From: Hypanus sabinus
Lineage: Eukaryota
Length of the DNA: 64,000 nucleotides
Direction: 5' to 3'
NCBI RefSeq assembly: GCF_030144855.1
Contig: NC_082711.1
Coordinates: 104,036,001 to 104,100,000 of the forward strand
Shown: positions 40,318-51,373 of the stretch, one piece after another
Numbering within the stretch: the stretch's first letter is position 1
How the letters are laid out: each line of letters starts with the position of its first letter
Notes under the pieces: generated by a model
What the model saw: the letters and a program-made list of their open reading frames with translations, nothing else
Database searches by the model: none
What the model was told of the DNA's origin: nothing
Made by a program: the position numbers and the translations under genes

Positions 40318-42185
40318 ATCTTGTTGTACTTCCCCTTTCCCTAACTTGACACCATTCAGATAGTAATCTGCCTTCCTGTTCTTGCCTCCAAAGTGGATAA
40401 CCTCACATTTACCAATTACCAATGCATCTACGATTTCCAGAGCCACCTCCATAAGTACCCTGCGATGCAGACCATCAGACCTGGAGATTTATTAGCCTTC
40501 AGTCCCATCAGTCTACCCAACACCATTTTCTGCCTAATGTGAATTTCCTTCAATTCCTCCATTACCCTCAGTCCTCTGGCCACTATTACATCTGGGAGAT
40601 TGTCTGTGTCTTCCCTAGTGAAGACAGGTCCAAAGTACCTGTTCAACTCATCTGCCATTTCCTTATTCCCCATAATAAATTCACCTGTCTCTGTCTTCAA
40701 GGGCCCAACTTTGGTCTTAACTAATTTTTTCCTCTTCACATACCTAAAGAAGCTTTTACTATCCTCCTTTATATTCTTGGCTAGCATACCTTCATACCTC
40801 ATCTTTTCTCCCCATATCGCCTTATTAGTTATCTTCTGTTGCTCTTTAAAAGTTTCCCAATCCTCTAGCTTCCCACTCATCTTTGCTATGTTATCATTCT
40901 TCTCTTTTATTTTTATACTGTCCTTGATTTACTTTACTTTACTTTATTTTATTGTCACCAAACAATTGATACTAGAGCGTACAATCATCACAGCGATATT
41001 TGATTTGCGCTTCGCACTGCCTGAAATACAAATCAAAGTAAGTATAATAAAAATTTAAATTATTAATCATAATTAGAAAATAAAAAAGGGAAAGTAAGGT
41101 AGTGCAAGTCAGATCCGGATATTTGGAAGGTACGGCCCAGATTGGGGTCAGGATCTATTCAGCAGTCCTATCACAGTGGAAAGAAGCTGTTCCCAAAAGT
41201 ACAAATCTTCAAGCTCCTGAACCTTATTCCGGAAGGAAGAGGGACAAAAAGTGTGTTGGCTGGGTGGATCGTGTCCTTGATTATCCTGGCTGCAATGCTC
41301 CTACAGCATGCAGTGTAAAGTGAGTCCAAGGATGGAAGATTGGTTTGTGTGAAGCGCTGGGCTATGTTCACGATCTTCTGCAGCTTCTTCCAGTCTTGGA
41401 CAGGACAACTTCCATACCAGGTTGTAATACACCCTGGAGGAATGCTTTGTACAGTGTACCTATAAAAATTAGTGAGGGTTTTAGGGGACAGGTCAAATTT
41501 CTTCAGCTTTCTCAGGAAGTAAAGGCACTGGCGGGCCTTCTTGGCAGCGAACTCTGCTTGGTTAGACCAAGTCAGGTCATTTGTGATATTCACCCCGAGG
41601 AATTTAAAGCTTTTGACCTGTTCCACCTGTGCACCACCGACATCGATGAGGTTGTGAGGTCCACTACTCCTTCTGAAGTCAACAACCATTTCCTTCATCT
41701 TGTTGACGTTAAGGGATAGGTTATTGTCTTCGCACCATGCCACCAGGTTCTTAACTTCCTCTCTGTACTCATAATACACTCACGGTTTCCGGTTAAGGAA
41801 TACCTGGATCGTCTTGTGAGACACACAGTCCTCTGTGCATTTCCTTTGTCTGCCATGGTCCCTCCTACTCCCATTAGGATCTTTCTTCCTCTGGAATTAA
41901 CTGATCCTGCACCTTCTGAATTATTCCCAGAAATACCTGCCATTGTTGTTCCACTGTCATCCCTGCTAGGGTATCCTTCCAGTCAACTTTGGCCAGCTCC
42001 TCCCTTATGGCTCCATAGTCCCCTTTGTTCAAATGTAATACTGACACTTCTGATTTTCCCTTCTTTCTCTCAAATTGTAGATTAAAGCTTATCATATTAT
42101 GGTCACTACTTCCTAATGGCTCCTTTACCTTGAGTCCCTTATCAAATCCGGTTCATTACACAACACTAAATCCAGAATTGCCTAC
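40318..42185 (-). mobile_element. CR1 LINE, 5'-truncated, shared with duplicate A; internal ~0.7-kb deletion, lost 3' end, Rex1 insertion
   Basis: EDSKSFFRYVKRK, GPLKTETGE and KSPG.DG motifs are present. It has the same 5' breakpoint (CCAGAATTGCCT..AAATATATCC) as the copy ending at ~61370. Confidence 0.9.
40931..41838 (-). mobile_element. Rex1/Babar-like LINE piece, specific to duplicate B
   Basis: WCEDNNLSLNVNKMKEMVVDFRR..FKFLG..KKARQCLYFLRKLKKF..GCITTWYG. It has a (TAAAG)n-type tail and a 4-bp TSD ATTT (40927-40930, 41839-41842), and is absent at the paralogous site ~61027. Confidence 0.85.
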
Positions 42186-42574
42186 AAATATATCCTTCAA
42201 TTCATAAAATCTGAAGTATGTGATTTTTCAATTTTCTAAATATTCACAGTATGCACATTACAGAAAAATTTAAAGTGCTGTGATGTTTCCAGGCCATTTA
42301 AAACATTCCTGTTCAGAACAATGGTTGGTCCACGCAGTTGTAAAAAATGTTTGAGTGTATGTTGATATCCAGCCTGATCTCAGCTTCCTACCGTGGCTCC
42401 ATCCCTGTAGATGACAGTGTTTTAATTCACCTGTGTCCCATTTGAATGGAGAATGGAGCTGAGGTGTAGTGGGGCTGAGGCAGTGCAGGGCTAGGGGAGA
42501 TTAGGCTGCTGGGCAAGTGCCTCTGGGGAAATGCACCGGGGTAGGGTGTGCACAGTACATTGAGCGAGGTGGGG

Positions 42575-42960
42575 GTCACTTTATCAGGTACACTCGTACA
42601 CCCTGCTCGTTCACGTAAATGTCTAATCAGACAATCCTGTGACTACAGAAAGTTGTAAACACAACCATCATGGGCACTAGCCTCCCCAACAATGAGGACA
42701 CCTTCAAAAAGTGGCATCTGCCATTAAGTACCCCGCCACCCAGCACATGCCCTTTTCTCATTGCTTCCATCAGGGAGGAGGTACAGGAGCCTGAAGTCAC
42801 ACATTCGACATTTCAGGAAAAGCTTCTTCTCCACCACCATCAGATTTCTGAATGGACAATGAACCCATGCACTCTGCATCACTAGTTTGCTCTCGTTTTG
42901 CACAACAATTGTTATGATGTATGCCAGTGATATTGAACCTGATTCTGATTCTGTTCTAAT
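42575..42960 (+). mobile_element. Tc1 terminal remnant followed by a Rex1-like 3' remnant (both also at ~61760-62210)
   Basis: CACTTTATCAGGTACAC..CTAATCAGACAATC resembles the Tc1 end at 45100-45182. IMGTSLP..EDTFK is a Rex1 C-terminal pattern. Confidence 0.6.
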
Positions 42961-43202
42961 TGTACATGTTTGTACCACACTCCTCCCCGTGTGCTGTTTC
43001 TACAGGCTCGGGGCCACAGGGTCACCCTGCACGGCCACTGGCCTCATCTCCAGGGATGCAGTGGGTGTGTTCCCCCAGCCCTGCACTGTCACAGCCTCAC
43101 TACACTGGGACCCTGAGCCCAACTCTGGACACAGGCAGACAGTGGGAACACGCAGGATCTGCCCTCACCCATTCATCCAGACCCCTCCACAGTTTCACTC
43201 AC

Positions 43203-43523
43203 CGTACACCTTAAGTTGGATACGCTCTCTGCGTTCATCTCCTGAATCTCCTGCTGTAACAATGACCTCATATTCATCAGCATCCTCTTTCCTCAGATCA
43301 TGGATTTCCAGGCTGAAGTTTCCGAAATGAAGAGTTATTCGGTTGTTGTAATTGCTATTAAAGTATTTAATCGATCCTTCCAAGTATCGTGCTATCTTTG
43401 TGCTGGGTGATGATCTTTTCCACACAACCTCATCCATGTCCTGTCTGACTGGGATCGAAGGAAACAAGGAAACCGAGTGTCCCAGGACTCCATTCACGAT
43501 GGCAGGGGAAGCTCCAGTCCTGG
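43203..43523 (-). CDS. Ig V-set exon of a CD2/SLAM-family (CD48/CD58/SLAMF-like) gene, copy B
   Basis: 321-bp open phase-1/phase-1 exon with acceptor TCTTGTCTCCTCAG and donor GTGAGT. It encodes RTGASPAIVNGVLGHSVSLFPSIPVRQDMDEVVWKRSSPSTKIARYLEG..RITLHFGNFSLEIHDLRKEDADEYEVIV..IQLKVY, a Cys-less V domain with C-strand Trp and SL.I..L...D...Y motif typical of the CD2 family. Confidence 0.9.
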
Positions 43524-43664
43524 CTGAGGAGACAAGAGGAGGCAGTCAGAGTGTGAGCTCAGTGACTGGAGGAGGAATCAGAGATTGCAGAATCACAGAC
43601 ACAAGGGCAGGCCATGCGGCCCATTGTCTGGTTTCTGGCCCACGAGTGATCTGCCCCACAGGCC

Positions 43665-43860
43665 AGTGGAGTTCAGAGTTCAACTCTGGCATCCTGTGTA
43701 AGCAAGTTTGTCCATTCTTATCGTGAGTGTGTGTGTCTCCTCCCACTGCCCAAAGACATACCCGTTAGTAGGTCAATTGCTCACTGTAAATTGTCCTGTG
43801 GTTAATCTCGGGATAACTAGTTGGGTAGCTCGTCTGGTCATAAGGACCTGTTCCAAGCCA
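43665..43860 (+). mobile_element. Decayed SINE (V-SINE/HE1-like body); paralog at ~63110-63300
   Basis: GAGTTCAACTC B-box-like motif followed by a TCCTCCCAC..CCAAAGAC..GTTAG..GTAAATTGTCC core-like sequence. Confidence 0.5.
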
Positions 43861-44364
43861 ATAAATAAATGATAAGGGTAAATGGGAGGGTGTGAGCCTT
43901 GTGGAGGAAGAGATTTCTGAAAATGGTGAAAGGCATAAATGGTGAGGTGGAGAATCGAATACGAGAGAGTCTGAGGTTGGTATCTTTGGAATAGAGATGG
44001 ACATTAGAAATGGTTTAAAGCAGGGATGAGGTTGCTTATTTCATGTCAGTCATAATGTAGGCCCGGGGACAATTAATTAAATTAAAGACATATGCAAAGT
44101 GGTCATTCAGTAATCTGGGAATTTTAACAGGGAAAGTTACGAACATCTCATTTCTGTACTGTATAAAAGGAGGAACTTTCTGCTGCTCATTTGGAGTCCA
44201 GGATGCCCCGATTATTAGACAGACTCCCCATGATGTATTTTGCAAATCAAGTGGGTTTGATCCTAATCTTCTTGGAGTCCACATTTATTTGTCTGATCAA
44301 GATGGTTGGTTTGGGCAACAGTAGGAGTTAAAAGCACAAGAAGGGCTGTAGACACGGGAAATGC

Positions 44365-44765
44365 AAATCAACACAGACAAAATGCTGGATGGACTCATCA
44401 GCTCAGACAGCATCTGTGCAAATGAATAAATACTCAATGTTTTGGGCCAAGGCACTGTTTCAGGACTGAGAGGGAAGGGGGAAGATGCCAGAATGAAAAA
44501 CGTGAGGGGAGGTGAAAGAGGCGAACTGGAAGGTGATAGCTGAAGCCAGATGGGTGTGGAAGGTCAAGTGCTGGAGAAGAAAGAATATGACAGGGAAGGA
44601 GAGTGGACCAATGGAGAAAGGGGAAGTGAAGGTAGCCTGGGGGAAGTAATAGGCTGGTGAATAACGGTGAGACTGGGGAATGGGGGAGATCAAATTGCTT
44701 ACCAGAAGGAGAAATCAATGTTCATGCTATCAGGTTGGAGGGTACCCAGACGGAACACAAGATTT
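44365..44765 (-). mobile_element. Probable Penelope-like element end; paralog from ~63825 to the window end
   Basis: ACACAGACAAAATGCTGGA..CAGCATCT..GTTTTGGGCCAAG..TTCAGGACTG resembles the common elasmobranch Penelope-type terminus. Family assignment is from recall, not a search. Confidence 0.45.
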
Positions 44766-44929
44766 CAAAACAAGAATGGGAATTGTAATTAAAATGTTTA
44801 GGCACCAGGAAGTCCCACTTGTGGCTACTGGTGCAGAGTTGCTCAATGGAAGGAGCTCACAATATACGATGTGTCTCACCAATGTCGAGGAGACAGGCCT
44901 AATGGTAGGGTCCATGGAACCCCAGCTGT

Positions 44930-45182
44930 AGAGAATGTTGAGCGTCAAATCCCAGAAGATCAGCAGATTCTGAAATACTCAAACCACCCCATCTAGCACC
45001 AACAATCATTCCACAGTCACAGTTCTTCCCCATTCTGATGTTTGGTCTGAACAACAACTGAACCTCTTGACCGTGTCTGCATGCTTTTAAGCATTGAGTT
45101 GCTGCCTCATGATTGGCTGATCAGATATTTGCATGAATGTTCTGGTGTACAGGTTCACCCAATAACGTAGCCATTAAGTGTA
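44930..45182 (-). mobile_element. Tc1/mariner DNA transposon 5' remnant
   Basis: The minus strand starts TACACTTAATGGCTACGTTATTGGGTGAACC and encodes MGKNCD..GMIVGARWGGLSISESADLLGF, the Tc1 paired-like HTH N-terminus. Confidence 0.8.
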
Positions 45183-45192
45183 CAATAAAGAG

Positions 45193-45360
45193 GGTGAGTA
45201 AAATCAGAGCTCATGGCATTGGTGAGTAAAATCAGAGCTCATGGCATTGGTGAGTAAAATCAGAGCTCATGGCATTGGTGAGTAAAATCAGAGCTCATGG
45301 CATTGGTGAGTAAAATCAGAGCTCATGGCATTGGTGAGTAAAATCAGAGCTCATGGCATT
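45193..45360 (+). repeat. Six perfect tandem copies of a 28-bp unit at a CR1 5' junction
   Basis: GGTGAGTAAAATCAGAGCTCATGGCATT starts at 45193, 45221, 45249, 45277, 45305 and 45333. Confidence 0.97.
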
Positions 45361-46474
45361 GGGGGCAGGGTTTCAACATGGATAGAAAACTGGTTGGCAG
45401 ATAGAAAGCAAAGGGTAGCAGTGAATGGGTGTTTCTCGGACTGGCTGGAGGTGACAAGTGGGGTACCACAGGGCTCTGTATTGGGACCACAGCTCTTTAC
45501 GATTTATGTCAATGATTTAGAAGAGGGCATTGAAAACTATATCAGCAAGTTTGCTGACGATACTAAACTGGGTGGCAGTGTGACATGCGAAGAGGACGTT
45601 AGGAGAACACAGGGAGACTTGGATAGGCTGGGTGAGTGGGCAGATACTTGGCAGATGTCATTCAATGTGAATAAATGTGAAGTTATCCACTTTGGAAGCA
45701 GGAACAAGAGGGCAGAGTATTGTCTGAACGGTGTAGAGTTAGGAAAGGGAGAAATGCAAAGAGACCTAGGAGTCCTAGTTCACCAGTCAATGAAGGTGAA
45801 TGAGCAAGTGCAACAGGCAGTGAAGAGGGCAAATGGAATGTTGGCCTTTGTTACAAGGGGAATTGAATACAAGAGCAAGGATGTCCTTTTGCATTTGTAC
45901 AGGGCCCTGGTGAGACCACACCTGGAATATTGTGTACAGTTTTGGTCTCCAGGTTTAAGGAAGGACATTCTGGCAGTTGAGGAAGTGCAGCGTAGATTCA
46001 CTAGGTTGATTCCTGGGATGGCAGGGCTGTCTTACGCAGAGAGATTGGAGAGATTGGGCTTGTACATGCTGAAATTGAGGAGATTGAGAGGGGATCTGAT
46101 TGAAACGTTTGAGATAATTAAAGGATTTGATAGGATTGAGGCAGGAAATATGTTCCAGATGTTGGGAGAGTCTAGTACCAGAGGGCATGGATCGAGAATA
46201 AGAGGTCAGTTATTTAAAACAGAGTTGAGGAAGAGCTTCTTCTCCCAGAGAGTTGTGCAGGTGTGGAATGCACTACCTCAGAAGACGGTGGAGGCCAATT
46301 CTCTGGATGCTTTCAAGAAGGAGCTAGATAGATATCTGATGGATAGGGGAATCAAGGGATATGGGGACAAGGCAGGGACTGGGTATTGATAGTGAATGAT
46401 CAGCCATGATCTCAGAATGGCGGTGCAGACTCGAGGGGCCGAATGGTCTACTTCTGCACCTATTGTCTATTGTC
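45193..46474 (+). mobile_element. Young 5'-truncated CR1 LINE with an open RT C-terminal frame (45325-46389)
   Basis: GVPQGSVLGPQLF, ISKFADDTKLGG, LVRPHLEYCVQFW, LRKSFFSQRVV, with a 3' UTR ending in a (CTATTGT)n tail. Confidence 0.97.
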
Positions 46475-46649
46475 ACATGATAATAGTGGGAAACACTACT
46501 GAATATGACTTGTCCAGATTTTCAGAACTCTTTCAGGTAAGTGCTATACAGGAAGTTCATCAACTAAGTGAGACTGCCTGGAACTGCAGATAATTCTGTG
46601 TATCTGAGAAACAAAAGTGAATAAACCTTTACAATTTTCATTATGGAGT

Positions 46650-46915
46650 ACTGTAAGGACAATGTTTCTGTCCCAGACTATCCACAGTCATATCAGTGTG
46701 GATACCGTAGGGACATTGTTTCTGTCCCAGACTATCCACAGTCATATCAGTGTGGATACCATAGGGACATTGTTTCTGTCCCAGACTATCCACAGTCATA
46801 TCAGTGTGGATACCATAGGGACATTGTTTCTGTCCCAGACTATCCACAGTCAAACCAGTGTGAAATTCTTTAAAGACATTGTTCACACCCCAGACTATAT
46901 CCAGTCATATCTGTG
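46650..46915. repeat. 54-bp minisatellite, ~5 copies
   Basis: GGGACATTGTTTCTGTCCCAGACTATCCACAGTCATATCAGTGTGGATACCATA with period 54 (46664 to 46718). Confidence 0.95.
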
Positions 46916-46929
46916 ACCGAGATGAGAAC

Positions 46930-47330
46930 ACCAAACCTAATATTTTCAATTTTGCCAATGATGACAAATAAATTAAGATTTAGAGTTGTATTGTGAGTGC
47001 GAAGACATATTAAGACAATAGACAGGCTGTGTGGGTGAACAAGAGCATGACAGATGGAGGACAATGCTGAAAAACATGAAGTTATCCTCGATAGAAAAGA
47101 CAAAATTACTATGTTTAGGAAGTGTTTTTCAAAGGAAATAGATCCCCTTTGTACATGTCATGGGGAATCAATGTTGAGATGCAGAAAGCAATTTGGAAGG
47201 CATAAACACAAGAAATTCTGCAGAGCTAGAAATTAGAGTGTGGAGGGTGATGAGTGAGAGTGAGTGTCACTCGGGCATTGGAACTGAAGATTAAAATGTT
47301 ATGGACTTGAAGGTTACCATGACAAAGCTT
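46930..47330 (+). mobile_element. Ancient, heavily decayed CR1 RT fragment
   Basis: NIFNFANDDK (~SKFADDTK) and IDRL..QMEDNAEKHEVI (~WQMQFNVDKCEVI). Confidence 0.55.
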
Positions 47331-47409
47331 GACCTCAATGACAGCAGAGGGTCTCTCTGCAGACTTCACCATCTCTCCGTCCTTAATGACAACAGAAATT
47401 CAGTAAATG

Positions 47410-47785
47410 TCTGCGGGTAAGGCTCTGCTGCCTTTATTGGGAATGGGAATGTGGTTGGGCCTCTGCTCCCTTTATTGCGAGTCACAATGGGGTTGTGTCT
47501 CTGCTTTCCTTATGGGGGAGTCAGAATGGGGTTGGAGCTCTGCTCACTTTAAGGGGAATCCAAATAGAGGTGGGTCTCTACTCTCTTTCTGGGGAGTCAG
47601 AATGGGGGTGGGGCTCTGCTACGTTTATGGGGAGTCGGAATGGGGGTGGGTCTTTGCTCTCTTTATTGAGAGGCAGAATTGGGTTGGGGCTCTGCTGTCT
47701 TCATGGGGAGTCGGAATGGGGTTGGGACTCTGCTTCCTTTATCAGGAGTCGGAATGGGGATGGGACACTGCTCTCCTTATCGAGA
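47410..47785. repeat. 38-bp G-rich minisatellite, ~10 diverged copies
   Basis: Consensus ~GGGGAGTCGGAATGGGGGTGGGGCTCTGCTCTCTTTAT, with GA(G/A)TC anchors at 47518, 47556, 47594 and 47632. Confidence 0.9.
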
Positions 47786-47789
47786 CCAC

Positions 47790-48370
47790 CCAGTGCTGAA
47801 CACAGATCAATACCCTCTGCCCAGGATAGAGGATACCTTTGCAAACCTTTCTGGAGGAAAACACTTCTGCAAAGTGGACTAAGCTAAGGCCTACCTACAG
47901 ATGGAGATGAAAGAAAAGTTCAAAGTGTTTCTCACCATAAACCCTCACAAAGTGCTTTATCACTATAATAGGGTAATTTTTTTTAGAGTAGCATCTGCCC
48001 CTGTACTCTGGCAGAAAGCTATGGACTAGGTGTTGCAAGACTGTGCAGGAACTCAGTGCTACCTGGATGGTTTAATTGGGACCAGTCAGGTTGACAAGCA
48101 ACATCTCCAAAACCAAAAGACAGTGTTAAAAAGATCAGAAGATTATGGGCTCAGTGAATGATGCAACATGTGTGAATTCTTTCAACTGAGCATCGAATAC
48201 TGTGGTCACACCATTGACACACAAGTGTTACACAAGGGTACAGGGTAAATTCATGCAGTGGTGGATGTCCAAGGCCAAAGGACGTACCTCAGTTACAGTT
48301 CTTTTTGTGATTTGTCAATTAATATAAAAGGTTCCTGCTAATCCTGGCTACTGTGTTCCACCCTTTGAAC
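47790..48370 (+). mobile_element. Ty3/Gypsy reverse transcriptase fragment, disrupted
   Basis: DQYPLPRIEDTFANLSGGKHFCKVD*AKAYLQ..ASAPVLWQKAMD*VL..CYLDG..IEYCGHTI..LATVFHPLN. Confidence 0.88.
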
Positions 48371-48956
48371 TCCATCTGCCACTTCTCAGCCCAACCCTAC
48401 ATCCTATCAGTGTCTCTCTGCAATCTTCAACAACACCACCGACCTTTGTGTCATCTGCAAACTTGCCAACCCACCCTTCTACCCCCACATCTAGGTCGTT
48501 AATAAAAATCACGAAACGTAGAGGCCCCAGAACCCATCCTTGGGGGACACCACTAGTCACAACCCTCCAATCTGAATGTACTCCCTCCACGATGACCCTA
48601 TACTTTCTGCAGGCAAGCCAATTCTGAATCCATCTCGCCAAACGTACCTGGATCTCATACATGCTGACTTTCTGAATAAGCCTACCGTGTGGAACCATGT
48701 CAAAAGCCTTACTAAAATCCATGTAGATCACATCTACTACACTACCCTAATCTATATGCCTGGTTTCCTCCTCAAAGAACTCTATCAGGCTTGTTAGACA
48801 CGATCTGCCCTTCACAAAGCCATGCTGACTGTCCCTAATCAGACCATGATTCTCTAAATAATCATAAATCCAAGCTCTAAGAATCTTTTCCAACAGCTTT
48901 CCCACTACAGATGTAAGGCTGACTGGTCTATAATTACCTGGATGATCCCTACTACA

Positions 48957-49623
48957 TGTAGTGTTCTCGCACAGGTGCAAAAACTCTGAACTAAACACCA
49001 AGTATAAACCGGAGTCAATGAGGTGCAGTCCCAGTAAGATTAATTGTTTACTGTTCACTCTTCCACATTAACGTATGGTGAAAACTGTTGATAAAACAAT
49101 ACAAAATATATATAGTTTCCTTCTTGGCATCACACTTACATCATAAATACTTGCAGAAATAAAACCAAAACAAACTATATTACATTAAAGTACAACACAC
49201 TGTCAATCTACCTACGCCATCAACTGCTTTAAGTACTTTAACACAAACTATCCGCAACTCTTCAAATAACAAAGTACATCAACTTTATCAACCGTCATTC
49301 CTTTTAACAGAATCAGCGTTAACATTTTTACTTCAACATATCGATTATCTTATGAACTTAAGGCATTGCTTCTATAATGTTTCTAGTGCGAAGAAAGAAA
49401 ACTTTTCTCGCGCTGATCCTGCACACACAAGCCCCCTCCTTCCCGTTTCTCCAAACCTGTATTTTCCCACAAGACCCAGCGAAACTGGGTGTGATGTCAT
49501 CACTTGCCGTGATATAGCACAGACAATGAATTTACTTTCAACAACCTTAACTTCAACTAGAAAATGATTACAAATTACTAAAGTGAAAATATAATAAACT
49601 AATTGAATGCCTTAAGGGCAACA
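48957..49623 (-). mobile_element. Probable solo LTR inserted in the CR1 RT region
   Basis: It interrupts CR1 colinearity, and the minus strand runs TGTTGCCC...ACACTACA (TG..CA ends). No clean TSD was resolved. Confidence 0.55.
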
Positions 49624-49797
49624 CACTCCCTTTTTGAACAAGGGGACAACATTTTTTTCCCTCCAATCCTCTGGTACCATTCCCGTGGACAACGAGGACA
49701 TAAAGATCTTAGCCAGAGGCTCAGCCATCTATCCCCTTGCCTCATGGAGCAGCTTGGGGAATATTCTCTCAGGTCCCAGGGACTTATCCATTCTAAT

Positions 49798-51373
49798 CCG
49801 TCAGATGGTCTGCATCCCAGTGTGCTTAAGGATGTAGCCCAAGAAATAGTGGATGCATTAGTGATAATTTTTCAGAACTCCTTAAGTTCTGGATTCGTTC
49901 CTCAGGATTGGTGGGTGGCTAATGTAACCCCACTTTTTAAAAAAGGAGGGAGAGAAAAACCAGGGAATTATGGACTGGTTAGTCTGACATCGGTGGTGGG
50001 GAAAATGCTAGAGTCGGTTATCAAAGATGTGATAACAGCACATTTGGAAAGAGGTGAAATCATCGGACAAAGTCAGCATGGATTTGTGAAAGGAAAATCA
50101 TGTCTGACGAATCTTATAGAATTTTTTTGAAGGTGTAACTAGTAGAGTGGATAGGGGAGAGCTAGTGGATGTGGTGTATTTAAATTTTCAAAAGGATTTT
50201 GACAAGGTCCCACACAGGAGATTAGTGTGCAAACATTAAGCACACGGTATTGGGGGTATGGTATTGATGTGGATAGAGAATTAGTTGGCAGACAGGAAGC
50301 AAAGAGTGAGAGTAAACGGGACCTTTTCAGAATGGCAGGCAGTGACTAGTGGGGTACCGCAAGGCTCAGTGCTGGGACCCCAGTTGTTTACAATATATAT
50401 TAATGATTTAGACGATGGAATTAAACGCAGCATCTCTAAGTTTACGGATGACACAAAGCTGGGCGGCAGTGTTAGCTGTGAGGAGGATGCTAAGAAGATG
50501 CAGGGTGACTTGGATAGGTTAGGAGAGTGGGAAAATTCATGGCAGATGCAATTTAATGTGGATAAATGTGAGGTTATCCACTTTGGTTGCAAGAACAGGA
50601 AAAGAGATTATTATCTGAACAGTGTCTGATTTGGAAAAGGGGAGGTGCAACGAGACCTGGGTGTCACTGTACACCAGTCATTGAAGGTGGGCATGCAGGT
50701 ACAGCAGGCGGTGAAAAAGGTAAATGGTATGTTGGCATTCATAGCAAAAGGATTTGAGTACATGAGCAGGGAGGTTCTACTGCAGTTGTACAAGGCCTTG
50801 GTGAGACCGCACCTGGAGTATTGTGTACAGTTTTGGTGCCCTAATCTGAAGAAAGACATTCTTGCCAGAGAGGGAGTGCAAAGAAGGTTCACCAGATTGA
50901 CTCCTGGGATGGCAGGATTTTCAGTTGAACAAAGACTGGATCGACTAGGGTTATACTCACTGGAATTTAGAAGATTGAGGGGGGATCTTATTGAAACAAA
51001 TAAAATTCTAAAGGAATTGGACAGGCTAGATGCAGGAAGTTTGTTTCCGATGTTGGGGAAGTCCAGAACGAGGGGTCACAGTTTAAGGATAAAGGGGAAG
51101 CCTTTTAGGACCGAGATGAGGAAAAACTTCTTCACACAGAGTGGTGAATCTGTGGAATTCTCTGCCACAGGAAACAGTTGAGGCCGGATCATTGGCTATA
51201 TTTAAGAGGAAGTTAGATATGGCCCTTGTGGCTAAAGGGATCAGGTGGTATGGAGAGAAAGCAGGTACAAGGTTCTGAGTTGGATGATCAGCCATGATCA
51301 TACTGAATGGTGGTGCAGGCTCGAAGGGCCGAATGGCCTACTCCTGCACATATTTTCTGTGTTTCTATGTTTC
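49798..51373 (+). mobile_element. 5'-truncated CR1 LINE inserted antisense into the older CR1
   Basis: DGLHPSVLKDVA, GKSCLTNLIEFF, GVPQGSVLG and LVRPHLEYCVQFW motifs, with a TTTCTGTGTTTCTATGTTTC tail. Flanking AAT/AAT (49795-97, 51374-76) is a possible short TSD. Confidence 0.93.

Larger units (their letters stand above)
39697..44545. repeat. Segmental duplicate, copy B (paralogous to 55510-64000+)
   Basis: Colinear near-identical blocks include 39697-39816~55510-55629, 39818-40109~56249-56544, 41840-43661~61025-62915 and 43662-44545~63107-64000. The V-exon offset is 19,255 bp. Confidence 0.95.

Noticed and set aside
43524-45190. Leader (signal peptide) exon for copy B, and for copy A in 62779-64000
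   Set aside because: No ATG plus hydrophobic stretch plus phase-1 donor could be identified. It may lie outside these intervals.
45325-46389. 354-aa ORF as a host gene or active retrotransposon
   Set aside because: It is the RT C-terminal half of a 5'-truncated CR1 with no EN or promoter, and its ATG comes from the junction repeat.
46534-46542. Strong plus-strand splice donor CAG|GTAAGT
   Set aside because: It is isolated, with no coherent plus-strand exon chain or coding similarity.
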